Below the pieces are notes generated by a model. It did no database searches. It was not told where the DNA came from and was given only the letters and a program-made list of their open reading frames with translations. The position numbers and the translations under genes are program-made. A stretch of 62,924 nucleotides of DNA, the filler included. It is 5 parts of 5 records of this genome, joined end to end, with 100 filler letters (N's around TTAATTAATTAA, not from the genome) between each part and the next. Parts side by side here need not be neighbours in the genome. Positions count along the whole stretch, not along the records: positions 42,819 to 55,239 come from SRR31156797_1196; positions 55,340 to 62,924 come from SRR31156797_1200; 3 more parts are not named here. One strand, given 5' to 3'. Positions within the stretch are counted from its first letter, which is position 1. Every line of letters starts with the position of its first letter. Positions 49,681 to 61,687 of the stretch are shown one piece after another.

Positions 49681-49825
49681 ACCGGAATCCTGATACCAGT
49701 TTTCCAAATGTGGATAATTTATTGAATAAAGTATCCTGAAATTTGGGATAGCAACTTAAAAGGTATCCGGGGGCTGATGAGCAATGAGATTATGAATTAA
49801 TAATGAAACAAAATAATATAGGATT

Positions 49826-52800
49826 ATGAAGAATTTTACACTACTTACCATTATTCTTTCCTTAGCAGCGGTTTCCTTTTGCATGGATCCCGCCAAAACA
49901 ATTCCGTTAAATGATTTTCAGGAGGTTCCTTCATTCCGGGATGCAATTCCTCAGCAGGTTCCTGATAAAGCGCTTCAGGGCAATGATATTGACGGAAATT
50001 ATATTATGCAGGTTTTGTATGAAGAACATGTAAAATCCAAAAGCAGAACTGAGTATTTCGAATGGCCCGGTGGTGACCCAACCGGGGACAGCTGGATTAT
50101 TTATCTCGATGAGGCCTTATTTGGCAGTCTTGAACTGGAATCGGGCGATGAAGTTGCTATTATCGATAAGGACCAGGGGATAATTGTTGGAGCCAACACC
50201 ATTACGGCAAGTCCCGGTCCCGGAAATTTCCAGCAATTCGTTGTGGCATTCACACAGTTGGTCAATGGTTCTAACGGGTATGTTGCGGGGAACGAATTTG
50301 AGTTGCAGTGCTGGAAGGCTGATGAACAAATGGTAAGCCAGTCATTTACAGCTAATTTCATTAATCCGTTTGGCGATGCTTATGTACCGGCAAATAGCGA
50401 TTTTCCGCAATTCGACCGGCAGTATAGTATTGTCCTTCTTGAGTTTGAACCCGTTTTATGTCCGGAGAATATTTCAGTCTGCGGCAGTGATGAGCCGTTT
50501 GAAATCATGGGCGGGCTGCCCGAAGGTGGAGAATATTCAGGGCCCGGGGTTGAAAATGGAATCACTTTCAATCCGGGGATGGCAGGAACAGGTGTTCATA
50601 TCATTACGTATAGCTACACCAATCCGCCTACCGGCACGGAATATTCCTGCGAATTTGAAATTGCAGTTTTTCTGCCGGAAGTAACCTGTCCCGAAGATAT
50701 TACTGTTTGTTGTGATTCCGAGCCCTTTGAGCTTACAGGGGCATCTCCTGAAGGAGGAACGTATTACCTGGCAGATGAACCGATAACCATTTTCACACCT
50801 GATTGCGGAAATACCGGTGATTTTGAAATTACCTATATGTACATTGATCCTGATTCAGGTTGCGAAAATTCCTGCAGCTATACCATCATTGTTAACCAGG
50901 TTCCAACAGTTTCATGCCCGGATGATTTTGCCATTTGTTGTGATGATGATGCATTTGAACTTACCGGAGCTACACCACCTGGCGGAACATATTTTCTGAA
51001 TGATGAGCCGGTAACCACGTTTGAACCTGACTGTGGTAATACCGGCGATTTTGAAATTATCTACCTGTACATTGATCCTGAAACAGGTTGCGAAAGCTCC
51101 TGTGATTTTACAATCACTGTAAACCCGTTACCTGAGGTTGCCTGTCCGGAGGATTTTGCGGTATGTTGCGACGCTGAACCGTTTGAATTATCCGGAGCTA
51201 CTCCTGAGGGAGGAACTTATTACCTGGATGGGGAGCCTGTAACCACCTTCACTCCTGATTGTGCTGGTCTTGGCAACTTCGAAATTACTTATGAATACAC
51301 AGATCCTGAAACCAGTTGTTTTGGTTCCTGCAGTTTCATCATAACGGTTAATTCAGTGCCTGAAGTAACCTGTCCTGAAAATATTTCAGTTTGTTGTTAT
51401 GACGAACCTTTTGAACTGACTGGTGCCACCCCCGAAGGTGGAACTTATTACCTGGATGGAGAACCAATCACAACTTTTGTTCCTGATTGTGAAAATGCAG
51501 GTGATCATGAAATAACTTACGTTTACCAGGATCCGACAAATCTTTGTGAGAGTTCATGTACCTTTACAGTAACTGTAATTGATACTCCTGAAGTCTCCTG
51601 CCCTGAGGATATCCTGGTTTGCTGCGATGCCAGTCCAATTGAACTTACCGGAGCAACTCCTGAAGGCGGCACCTATTTTTATCTGGGTGAACCAATAACA
51701 ACTTTTGTTCCCGAGTGTGGGGATTTTGGCAGTTTTGAGATTACCTATCTTTATACCGATCCGGCAACCGGATGCTCATCGTCATGCTCATTTATGATTG
51801 TGGTAAACGAATTACCTGAACTGGTTTGTCCGGAAGACATTTCGCTGTGCTGCAGCAGTGAGCCATTGTTACTTGACATGGCAGAGCCGATGGGGGGAAG
51901 CTACTCCGGCGAAGGCGTAACTATGGTTGGTGAAGACTATTACTTTACACCTGAGTGCACAAATCTGGATGATTTTGAGATTACCTATACCTATACGGAT
52001 GATAATAATTGTACCAATTCATGTACGTTCATGATCTCAGTAATCGATCCGCCAGAGGTTACCTGCCCTGACGATTTTCTGGTTTGCTGCGATGCTGAGC
52101 CTGTACTGCTTACCGGTGGAATGCCGGAAGGGGGCTACTACGAAGGTCCCGGTGTTTCCATGATCGGCGATGACTATTTTTTCACACCCGATTGTTCGAT
52201 GACCCAACCACAGGAGTTGATGTACACTATCGAATTTGCAGGAGGTTGCAGCAGCACCTGCTCATTCTTTGCAAATATTGCACCTGCTCCCATAGTCAAT
52301 ATCATTCCAAATGATACATTGATTTGTGCTGATCAGGTGATGGACTTTTCGGGATTGGTAGAAGCTTCCGACTACAATACAGTCCAATGGTTTGCAACAA
52401 TTGGAACCGGTTTCTTTGATAATGACAATGCACTTGAACCCATATATTATCCGTCGTTGATCGATGTTCAGTTAGGGTGTATTTCTTTGGGAATAACCGT
52501 TTCACCAAACAGTCCGTGTACTGCAAGTTATCAGGATTTTATCGAGATTTGCTTCCAGGCAGCGCCAACAGCTGATGCCGGTGATGATGCATCCGTTTGC
52601 GATGGCGAAAGCTATACGCTCCTGGATGCTGCTGCCCAGAATTATGGATCTGTTTTTTGGGCTACCAATGGTGGTGGTACGTTTGACAATCCTGCATTGG
52701 TCAACCCAACCTACTATCCTGAAGTTTCTGATTTACCTGCAGTTGTTGAACTTTGTCTCAACGCAATTCCTGTAAATCCCTGCGAACTGGTTACAACAGA

Positions 52801-55239
52801 TTGTCTTGAACTGACAATCCAGGAGTTCCCAGAGGTGATCTGTCCGGAAGGTTTTGAAGTATGTTGTACTTCGGAGCCCCTTTTGCTGGATATGGCCACT
52901 CCGGCCGGTGGTGTTTACACCGGTGAAAACATCAGTGTTGTTGGTGAGGATTATTACTTTTCACCCGATTGCGCTTCGCTGGGTGAGTATACGGTTTCCT
53001 ATATTTATACAATTAGCGAAACCTGCGGCGACACCTGTGAGTTTAACATTTCCGTAATTGAAGCGTTGCCGGTAACATGCCCGGATGATATTACAGTTTG
53101 CTGTGATGCAGATCCTGTTGAACTTACAGGTGCAACTCCTGAAGGTGGAACCTATTACCTGAATGGCGAACCAATTACTACTTTTATTCCTGAATGTGGC
53201 AATTCCGGGGATTTTGAAATACTTTATGCTTATATAAATCCGGGAAGTGGTTGCGAAAGCACTTGTGCTTTTACCATCACAGTTTTACCACAGCCCGAAT
53301 TAATATGTCCGGCTGATTTTACCATTTGTTGTAATGATGATCCTCTGATTCTGGATATGGCCGAACCGGCTGGTGGAGTTTATTCGGGTATCGGGGTATC
53401 GCTCAGTGGTGATAATTATATTTTTACTCCAGGGTGTGATAATCTTGGGGATTTCGAGGTAACTTATAGCTATACAGATGCCAATAATTGTTCGAACACC
53501 TGTTCATTTACTATTTCCGTTATTGAATTTCCGGAAGTTACCTGCCCGGATGATATGGTGGTTTGTTGCGATGCCGAACCAGTAGTACTTACAGGAGGGT
53601 CTCCTGAGGGCGGCGTTTACTCAGGAATGGGTGTTTCCATGATCGGTGATGAATATTATTTTACCCCGGATTGCAGTATGGCCGGGCCGGTAGAAATTAC
53701 CTATATATACCCTGAGCCGGGCAGTTGCTCTGGCTCATGTACATTCCTCATCGAACTTGCAGAAGAACCGCAGGTGAATATCATTCCTGCAGATACCCTG
53801 ATTTGTGATACTGATGTAATGGATTTCACCGGTTTAATTGAAGCTTCAAATTACAACACTGTTCAATGGTTTGCTACCATTGGAACCGGATTCTTTGATG
53901 ATGATAATGCCCTTGAGCCAACCTATTATCCTTCATTAATTGATGTTCAGTTGGGTTGTATTTCTTTGGGTGTAACAGTCTCTCCAATCAACCCATGCAC
54001 AGCAAGCTATCAGGATTTTATCGAGGTATGTTTCCAGTCTGCACCATCAGCAGATGCAGGAGACGACGCTTCGATTTGTCAGGATGAAAATTATCAGGTT
54101 GAAGACGCCAACGCCATGAATTATTCAACACTACAATGGACCACATCAGGCAACGGAACATTTGACGATCCGTCAATCTTAAGTCCAACATATTTCCCTG
54201 ATGTGACAGATTTTGATACAACTGTTGAGATCTGCCTGAATGCTGAGCCCATTGAGCCATGCACTGTGGCAGCGACCGATTGTATGGAACTTTCGGTGTT
54301 TGGATATGTTGAAGTTATTTGTCCCGAAAGCTTTGAGGTATGCTGCAATAGTGGTATGATACTGCTCGACCAGGCTTTGCCGGTTGGTGGAGTATACAGT
54401 GGTGAGCACGTTATGGAAATGGGTGGGGAATATTATTTCACACCCGATTGTGCCGACGTGGGTGATTTTGTTATCAATTATACCTATACAGTGGGTGATG
54501 ATTGCAGTTCTTCCTGCGAATTTACAATTACAGTCAATGAAATTCCGGAAGTCGTTTGTCCTGAAAACCTCGTTCTGTGTTGCAATGAAGACGCGGTATT
54601 GTTGTCAGGGTTGGCAACACCGGCAGGTGGGATATTTGAAGGTGAAGGTGTTGTTATGCTGGGTGATGATTATTATTACGATCCTGAATGTGATATGATC
54701 GGCGACCAGATGATCAGTTATACATACCTGAGTCAAAACAACTGTAGTAATTCATGCGAATTTATTATTACAGTTAATCCTGAACCTGAAGTTTCTATTA
54801 CCGGAGAAACCGGGCCGGTTTGCCCGGGAACTGCGTTGGAATACACTGGACCTGAGGGTTTGGCAATGTATAGCTGGGAAGTAACCGGAAATGCTATCAT
54901 TAGTGGGGCAACCGACCAGCAAATCGTTAATGTTGTTGCAGGAGATAATTGCGATGAGTCATTCATGTTGTCTCTCACAGTAACCGATGAGAATACATGT
55001 GAGGCAACGGATGAAATTTCAGTTCTGATCCAGGCTCCGGAGTTATCTGTTGTTTGCCCGGACGATGAAATGATGGAACCCTGTTCCACGCAGGAAGAAA
55101 TAGATATGGCTTTTGAAATCTGGATTGGCGGATTTGATTATGCAGGCGGATGCGATGTAACTGCAACCGACCTCACCCAATATCTGCCACCGGATGCATC
55201 TGGCGGATCAGTAACCATTAACTATGAAGCCATGGATGC
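49826..55239 (+). CDS. Giant secreted Cys-rich, hyper-acidic Ig/HYR-like repeat protein, 3'-truncated
   Basis: Signal peptide, then 14 repeats of about 76-80 aa (CP-x5-CC...P[DE]C...C-x3-C) and two duplicated two-domain blocks. Confidence 0.85.
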
Positions 55240-55339
55240 NNNNNNNNNNNNNNNNNNNNNNNNNNNNNNNNNNNNNNNNNNNNTTAATTAATTAANNNNN
55301 NNNNNNNNNNNNNNNNNNNNNNNNNNNNNNNNNNNNNNN
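55240..55339. other. Artificial contig spacer
   Basis: Same N/TTAATTAATTAA/N structure. Confidence 0.97.
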
Positions 55340-55369
55340 AGACGCCCCGAAGCTTCGGGGCGTCTCTAC
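55340..55369. repeat. GTAG-type REP palindrome at the contig end
   Basis: Perfect 26-bp palindrome AGACGCCCCGAAGCTTCGGGGCGTCT followed by CTAC (GTAG on the minus strand). Confidence 0.65.
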
Positions 55370-55413
55370 CATATTTGTTCGTATATTTCATTTAATAAAC
55401 TTATATTTCACTC

Positions 55414-56076
55414 ATGAAAAAACATGTTTTATTTACAATGATCGCGTTAGGTCTTTCCTTATTTACTTATGCTGAACCCTTAGTCCCAATGAGTATCGCC
55501 CGTTTAAAATACAACGGTGGTGGCGACTGGTACAGCAATCAAGGTTCATTGGAAAATCTGATGAGCTTCATTGAGAGACATACCGATCTTGATATGGCCG
55601 AGCGGCAAGCGGTTGTCGAACCGGGTTCTCCCGAGTTATTTCAGTATTCTTATCTGTATATGAACGGTCATGGTAATGTGTATTTTTCTGAAAAGGAAGC
55701 GAGTCGCTTAAGGCATTATCTGGAAAACGGAGGGTTTTTGCATGCCGATGATAACTACGGCATGGATCATTCATTTCGCAGGGAAATGAAAAAAATATTT
55801 CCCGATAAAGAATGGGTGGAACTTCCTTTTGATCACCCGATCTATCATCAGACCTTTGATTTTCCCAAAGGACTTCCCAAAATACATGAGCACGATAATA
55901 AACCTCCCCAGGGACTTGGTTTATTCCATCGTGGACGCCTGATCGTATTTTATACATATGAATGCGATCTGGGCGACGGCTGGGAAAATGAAGAAGTCCA
56001 TCAGGATCCCGAAGAGATCAGAACGGCAGCACTAAGGATGGGAACGAATATTTTTATATATCACTTGAATAAATAA
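55414..56076 (+). CDS. DUF4159 family protein
   Basis: IARLKYNGGGDWY, GGFLHADDNYG, GLPKIHEHD, DLGDGWE, MGTNI. Confidence 0.9.
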   Translation: MKKHVLFTMIALGLSLFTYAEPLVPMSIARLKYNGGGDWYSNQGSLENLMSFIERHTDLDMAERQAVVEPGSPELFQYSYLYMNGHGNVYFSEKEASRLRHYLENGGFLHADDNYGMDHSFRREMKKIFPDKEWVELPFDHPIYHQTFDFPKGLPKIHEHDNKPPQGLGLFHRGRLIVFYTYECDLGDGWENEEVHQDPEEIRTAALRMGTNIFIYHLNK

Positions 56077-56079
56077 TTA

Positions 56080-59000
56080 ATGAGAAACGATCTAAGGACA
56101 TATTTTAACAATATATTGAGTACCTTTCGCAAGAAGGAAGCCAAAGATAAGTCAGTCCATATTTTACTGGAATTCCTGATCGTAAATTCATTATACCTGA
56201 TCCTATGTTTGATATTGGAAAATCTGTGGTATTTAAGTCCTGCTATCAAAACCACCATGTGGTTGGGCTTGACATTAAATGTGTTTTACCTTTATCGAGG
56301 TATAGAGATCCTTTTAGGTATATTGTTAAGCCATGATAAAAGTGAAGATGAGGAATTATTATTAAGCATTGGGCAACAGCACCCCGAAATCAATGACAGA
56401 TTGCTGAATCACTTTCAATTGCTTGATACACAAAACAAGATCGCTGACTATGCAGTTCAAGATTTTATTGAAACATATCCCGCGGAATATTTTTCGAATT
56501 CCTATCATAAAAAACCTATAAGACGAAAAAGAACCTATGCTCTGATATGCTTATTCCTATTAAGCCTTCTTTCGCTGGCAAATATACCGGCTCTAAAGCG
56601 TTTTATTCATCCTAAGACACAATATGAGCCAGACACTGAATTCACTATTGAGATCACACCATCAGAGTTAAGTATATATACCTACGATTCCTTATCATTT
56701 ACAATCAAGAAACAATCCCCCGAGAATTTCCCGGTAGAGCTTTATTGTGTTACTGACGGAGATAAAAAATTAGTGCACAGAACCCGCGACTCGTTGATAA
56801 ACTATTCCCGGGGTAGAATGACGAGCTCGGCAACATATCTGGCAAGGCTACGTAGACCGAATATTTTCTATCCTCGAAAATTTATCAGTACCGACACCCT
56901 GAATGTCAAATTGATGCAACGCCCTCGTATCCGATCCATGAAGATCACTGTGCTTTCACCAAATTATTCAAATATTCCTATTGCTGTTTATCAAGGAAAT
57001 ATTGATAAGATAAGCATACTGAAAGGATCCTATATCGAACTTGAAATTAGTTTATCTGAACCTTTTGGCCCCTCCTGTCTTATTTCTAATAAAAATACGC
57101 TGGATCTGAACATTAACGGCAATAATGCACATATTTCATGGATACCTGAAAATAAAGGGAGCTTTACACTTAATCTGGTGAATGAACGGGGAATAGCCAG
57201 CGAATCAGACCCATCTTATCTGATCGAGATCGAAAAGGATATGTATCCTCAGCTAAGAATCCTTGATCCTAAGATATCGGATGAATTGACCTTGAACGAA
57301 GATATGTCACTGCCCTATGTGGCTCATCTACAGGATGACTTCGGACTTAGCTCTTTTACGGTTAACTATTCAACATTTTCCGAATATAGTTTTTACAATG
57401 ATACCACGGTGAAGCAAATGGAGCTTCCCTTTGCCGAAGATTCCCGACTGCAGACACGCATTGGCGTGTGGAAAATAAAGGATTTCATTTCACCCGGATC
57501 TGAGCTAAGGTATTATTTTGAATTAAGTGATAATGATGAAATTTCAGGACCAAAAACTATCCGGTCATCACTTTTCTATGCAAAACTCCCCACGCTTGCC
57601 GATCTTTACGAAAGTCAGGATGAAGCCCAGGAAGAGACCATGGTCATGCTTGAGGATGAACTGATATCTACTGAAGAGATCGTTGAGGAGCTTGATGAGA
57701 TCCAAAAGCAACTGCTTCAGGAAGGGGAGATGAATTGGGAGAATAAAGCGGCTCTTGAGGAAAATTTACAAAGTCTTGAAACGGCACGAGAAGAACTGAA
57801 AGAAATGCAGTCGGCACTTGAAAAACAGAAAAAATTCATGGAAGAGAACGCCCTCTTTTCTGATGATGTCATGCAAAGCTTTGAACAACTCCAGGAATTA
57901 ATGAACGAACTGATCGATGATGAAATGTTTGATATGCTCCAAAACATGCAGGAGAAACTGGAGCGTAACGATATGTCGAATATGGAAGAGATCCTTGAGG
58001 ACTTTAATGAAAAAGCCAAGCGTTTTGAGGAAAGCCTTGATCGTATGCTGGAAGTGTTTAAACGTATTCAACAGGAGCAACGCCTGGAGGAACTGGGACA
58101 AAAGATCAAAGAGAGCCTGAAAGAGCAAAAGGAATTACTTGAAAGATCTGATGATCGTAGCGCTAACGATCTTGCGGAACAACAAAAGAAGATCGCAGCA
58201 GAAACCGAAAAATGGGAATCTCTGAGTAAAGAATCTTCCGAGCTGTTCGAAGATGAGAGCAAAGAGCTTTTTGACGAATATTTAGACAAAATGAACGATA
58301 TGCAAATTTCGGAATTCATGGAGCAAGCCGGGAGTGAATATCAAAAAGGGAATAAGCAAGACGGACAGGAACAAAGCGCATTGTCGGAAGAAAAGCTAAG
58401 TGATCTGGAAAGATCATTCTCTCAAATGTCTTCCCAAATGATGAAGAAACAAAAAAATGAAATAGTTGAGGCATTTCAGCGTGCTTTTTTGCTATCACTG
58501 TATTTGTCCGGTCGACAGGAAACAAGGTTGGAAGAAGGAAAAGAACTTACAAATGCTTCTCCTTTGATCCATCGTTATACAAGTGGAATGAACGATAATT
58601 TACAGATCGCTTTAGAGATCAATGACGGTCTGATGGAACTGTCAAAGAAAACATTTCTTGTAGACAAATCTATTGGTATGGCATTAGGGCAAGTGATCGG
58701 TAATTTGCGCAGCGGCATTGTAAATGTTGAAGAAGCTAAACTTCTACAGGGAAAAAAGAATTTTGATCTTGCTTATGAGGGTATGAACCAGCTGGCAAGG
58801 ATCTTGCTTGAGCGGACCAATATGGTTATGGATGAACAGAAGGGAAACGCATCCGGCATGGAATTTTATATGCAGCAACTTCAGGAGATGGCCGGGCAGC
58901 AGCAACAATTGAATTCCGGGATGCCGCAACCCGGTATGAACGGTTCTCCCGGACAATCCATGATGGATCAACTGGCTAAGATGGCCTCACGGCAACAGGC

Positions 59001-59418
59001 GCTAAGAAAACGCTTAAAACAAATTCAACAAAGCATGTCCGAAGCTGAGGGTGGAAATAAAAAAACAGGAAGTCTCGATAAGATCGCAAAAGATATGGAA
59101 GACGTGATCAATCAGATGCGCAGGAATCAGGTGGATCGACAGACTATCATGAGACAGGAAAAGATAGTGCAGCGTTTGTTGGATGCCAGCCGATCAGCCA
59201 CGTCCCGGGATTATAAGAAAGAACGGGAATCAACGACAGGTAAAGAATTGCTCAGGGATAATCCTTTATCCTTGCCGGGTGATCTTGGTGACCACGAATC
59301 GTTGATCAATATTATTCGTCGTGAGCTTAGCAATAGTGATCTGACCCCGAAAGAAAAAAGAGATATGGAAAAATATCTTGAATCATTACTGGGCAAAGAA
59401 TTCGGAATGGAGAAATAA
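56080..59418 (+). CDS. DUF4175-like membrane-anchored coiled-coil protein
   Basis: N-terminal TM helices, Ig-like middle (DDFGL, DNDEISGPK), long E/Q/M-rich coiled coil, RQEKIVQRLL. Confidence 0.75.
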   Translation: MRNDLRTYFNNILSTFRKKEAKDKSVHILLEFLIVNSLYLILCLILENLWYLSPAIKTTMWLGLTLNVFYLYRGIEILLGILLSHDKSEDEELLLSIGQQHPEINDRLLNHFQLLDTQNKIADYAVQDFIETYPAEYFSNSYHKKPIRRKRTYALICLFLLSLLSLANIPALKRFIHPKTQYEPDTEFTIEITPSELSIYTYDSLSFTIKKQSPENFPVELYCVTDGDKKLVHRTRDSLINYSRGRMTSSATYLARLRRPNIFYPRKFISTDTLNVKLMQRPRIRSMKITVLSPNYSNIPIAVYQGNIDKISILKGSYIELEISLSEPFGPSCLISNKNTLDLNINGNNAHISWIPENKGSFTLNLVNERGIASESDPSYLIEIEKDMYPQLRILDPKISDELTLNEDMSLPYVAHLQDDFGLSSFTVNYSTFSEYSFYNDTTVKQMELPFAEDSRLQTRIGVWKIKDFISPGSELRYYFELSDNDEISGPKTIRSSLFYAKLPTLADLYESQDEAQEETMVMLEDELISTEEIVEELDEIQKQLLQEGEMNWENKAALEENLQSLETAREELKEMQSALEKQKKFMEENALFSDDVMQSFEQLQELMNELIDDEMFDMLQNMQEKLERNDMSNMEEILEDFNEKAKRFEESLDRMLEVFKRIQQEQRLEELGQKIKESLKEQKELLERSDDRSANDLAEQQKKIAAETEKWESLSKESSELFEDESKELFDEYLDKMNDMQISEFMEQAGSEYQKGNKQDGQEQSALSEEKLSDLERSFSQMSSQMMKKQKNEIVEAFQRAFLLSLYLSGRQETRLEEGKELTNASPLIHRYTSGMNDNLQIALEINDGLMELSKKTFLVDKSIGMALGQVIGNLRSGIVNVEEAKLLQGKKNFDLAYEGMNQLARILLERTNMVMDEQKGNASGMEFYMQQLQEMAGQQQQLNSGMPQPGMNGSPGQSMMDQLAKMASRQQALRKRLKQIQQSMSEAEGGNKKTGSLDKIAKDMEDVINQMRRNQVDRQTIMRQEKIVQRLLDASRSATSRDYKKERESTTGKELLRDNPLSLPGDLGDHESLINIIRRELSNSDLTPKEKRDMEKYLESLLGKEFGMEK

Positions 59419-61287
59419 GTGAGGAAACGGATCATTAAAATTTGTTTATTTCTTTTGGCTGTCCTCATAACGAGTACCTTTGCCCGCGACGTGAATGAGA
59501 AAAATGAATACAAGATGGCAATAGCTTTTGAAAAAAGCGGTGAATATGCCAAAGCAGAATCACTTTTTGTCCAATTATTCGAAGCGGATCCAAATAATTA
59601 CAATTATTATAATCGCTATAGAAATTCACTTATCTTGCAAAGAAAATACAAGGATTTGATCCCGGTCATAAAGCAAAGACTGCAAAAACGCAGCTATGAT
59701 AAATATCTTAAGCTTGAATTGAGTGTAGCATATTATGCAAACAATGAAGAAGAAAAAGCCAGAGATCTTTGGATAGATGTTTTCAAAGGGCAAAAGCAAA
59801 CGATGAGGAATTCCTACGCCGGTACCTTATACCATAAGGCAATGGAATATGGTTTGGGAAATGATTTTCACGAGATCACAAAAGATATGAGAGCCATTAC
59901 ATCTGATCAGCGCCTCCTGGTAGACCGTGATTTTATTACCTCACTAAGATATAGAAATTGGGACCAAGCTGTAGAGGAGATCCTTCATATCCTGGATACG
60001 GATCATCGTGAGCTAAAACATGTGCGGAGTAATATTTTCAGGTATGATCCAACATCCGCTCTATACCGCAGAGCAATAACTGCACTGGAAACATCAACAA
60101 CGCCTTATGGTATTGAATTACTGGCTGATATTTATTTGCACCTGAGTGAATATGAAAAAGCATATGATGTGCTGAGTAAAGATCACCAGAATGAGTATCT
60201 GAAAACCTCGATGAGTAATTTTGCAAACCGCATGTTCAAACAAGGTCAATATGAGCTTGCAGCAAAAGCTGCCCGCCGGGTTGAAACGCTGACACCTGAT
60301 CAGCAAATCAGAAAACGGACAATGGCATTTTTAGCAGCTCAATCTGAAGAAAAATTATTCTATAAACTGATAGAGGAAACACCTCTTATACCATATCCCT
60401 ATAATTCGGAATTTCTTAGTTTGAAATTCAGGCCTTTTACATCTCAAGAGGCACCATTGATAGAGTCTGCCTATCATCAATATGATTCTTTATCCGCATA
60501 TGATGGCCTTCTTGGTGAGCAGGCGGCCATACATCATGCAGAGATTTCTTATCGAATATATCAGGATTATGATGCTGCTTTAAACGAATTGCTGGATTTG
60601 GTAGAAAAGCCGTCTCTGAACTCAAAGCGTCGTGTTGTTACACAAATAGCTGATCTTTATATGGCTAAGGGTGAATATGGTAAAGCTTTGGAATTTATTC
60701 GTACAGCTCCCTTGAAATATCGTATGATGGTGCACGAGGAAGACCAGTTGCTGGCAAATGAATTCTTTGTTTCTCTAATTGCGGATGAAACAGACTCTTT
60801 GCTCACGCGATCAAAACAAGTTCTTGCCATGTTGCCCATGAATGATCAAATATATAATGATGTTCTGGCATTTTCCGGTATGATCAATTTTGTTATCAGG
60901 GATAGCCTGAATTATGGAAAATGGCTTGAAGCCGAGCGATATATTCTTAAGAATAATACAGCTTCAGCCATCGATATTTATAATGAATTAATGGAAGGCA
61001 CCGGTTCGGCAAAAAAGATTTATGCGCTACGATACCTTGATTGTCTTGAGGTGCAAGCGGATAAAGAAACAGAAGGAATATTCTGGCAGAATTACTATGA
61101 AACTTTACTTGAAACCGACATGAGAGACTATTTTATGTTGCGTTATGCCTCCTTCATGGAAAAAATGCAGAAATTTGATATTGCCTATGAGATTTTTGAA
61201 AAATATTTACTATCTTATCAGGAAAGCATGTATTATGAATATATTCGAGAGTATGTGCGTCAACACTACAGCTTAGGTGCACCATGA
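59419..61287 (+). CDS. Secreted TPR-repeat protein
   Basis: Signal peptide and helical repeats (GEYAKA, GQYELA, GEYGKA). Confidence 0.7.
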   Translation: MRKRIIKICLFLLAVLITSTFARDVNEKNEYKMAIAFEKSGEYAKAESLFVQLFEADPNNYNYYNRYRNSLILQRKYKDLIPVIKQRLQKRSYDKYLKLELSVAYYANNEEEKARDLWIDVFKGQKQTMRNSYAGTLYHKAMEYGLGNDFHEITKDMRAITSDQRLLVDRDFITSLRYRNWDQAVEEILHILDTDHRELKHVRSNIFRYDPTSALYRRAITALETSTTPYGIELLADIYLHLSEYEKAYDVLSKDHQNEYLKTSMSNFANRMFKQGQYELAAKAARRVETLTPDQQIRKRTMAFLAAQSEEKLFYKLIEETPLIPYPYNSEFLSLKFRPFTSQEAPLIESAYHQYDSLSAYDGLLGEQAAIHHAEISYRIYQDYDAALNELLDLVEKPSLNSKRRVVTQIADLYMAKGEYGKALEFIRTAPLKYRMMVHEEDQLLANEFFVSLIADETDSLLTRSKQVLAMLPMNDQIYNDVLAFSGMINFVIRDSLNYGKWLEAERYILKNNTASAIDIYNELMEGTGSAKKIYALRYLDCLEVQADKETEGIFWQNYYETLLETDMRDYFMLRYASFMEKMQKFDIAYEIFEKYLLSYQESMYYEYIREYVRQHYSLGAP

Positions 61288-61685
61288 TCGATCAAAATAA
61301 ACAAAAAGAATTAGTCGGCGCTGCCTTGAACGTCAGGGATAAAGCCCACGCGCCTTATTCAAATTTTAAAGTATCAGCAGCTCTTTTATGTGAAGATGGT
61401 GAAATTATAACCGGTATCAACATGGAAAGCAGTTCATACGGCTTGTCGGTATGCGCAGAAAGAAATACCATCGCAAGCGCAGTCGGCAAAGGGAAAAAGA
61501 AATTTGTCGCAATGGCTGTGATCTCTAATCAGGGCGTATCTCCCTGCGGGGCGTGCAGGCAGGTCATTTTTGATATCTGTGGCAATATTGATATCATTCT
61601 TGCAGATGAAAATGGAACTATAAAAGATATAACCAACACAGAGGCCTTGTTACCCAAGGCATTCGGACCAAAGGATTTGGACTAG
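61284..61685 (+). CDS. cdd: Cytidine deaminase (homotetrameric type)
   Basis: APYSNFKV, CAER, SPCGACRQ. Confidence 0.95.
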   Translation: MIDQNKQKELVGAALNVRDKAHAPYSNFKVSAALLCEDGEIITGINMESSSYGLSVCAERNTIASAVGKGKKKFVAMAVISNQGVSPCGACRQVIFDICGNIDIILADENGTIKDITNTEALLPKAFGPKDLD

Positions 61686-61687
61686 GA

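Noticed and set aside
50685-54780. Repeats in the giant gene as DGR template/variable regions or a shufflon
   Set aside because: There is no reverse transcriptase or invertase on that contig, and differences are mostly synonymous rather than adenine-specific.
7331-55339. Repeated TTAATTAATTAA motif, and gene linkage across the N-runs (e.g. recombinase next to the TetM-like gene)
   Set aside because: These are artificial spacers. The neighbouring contigs differ in composition and apparent taxonomy.
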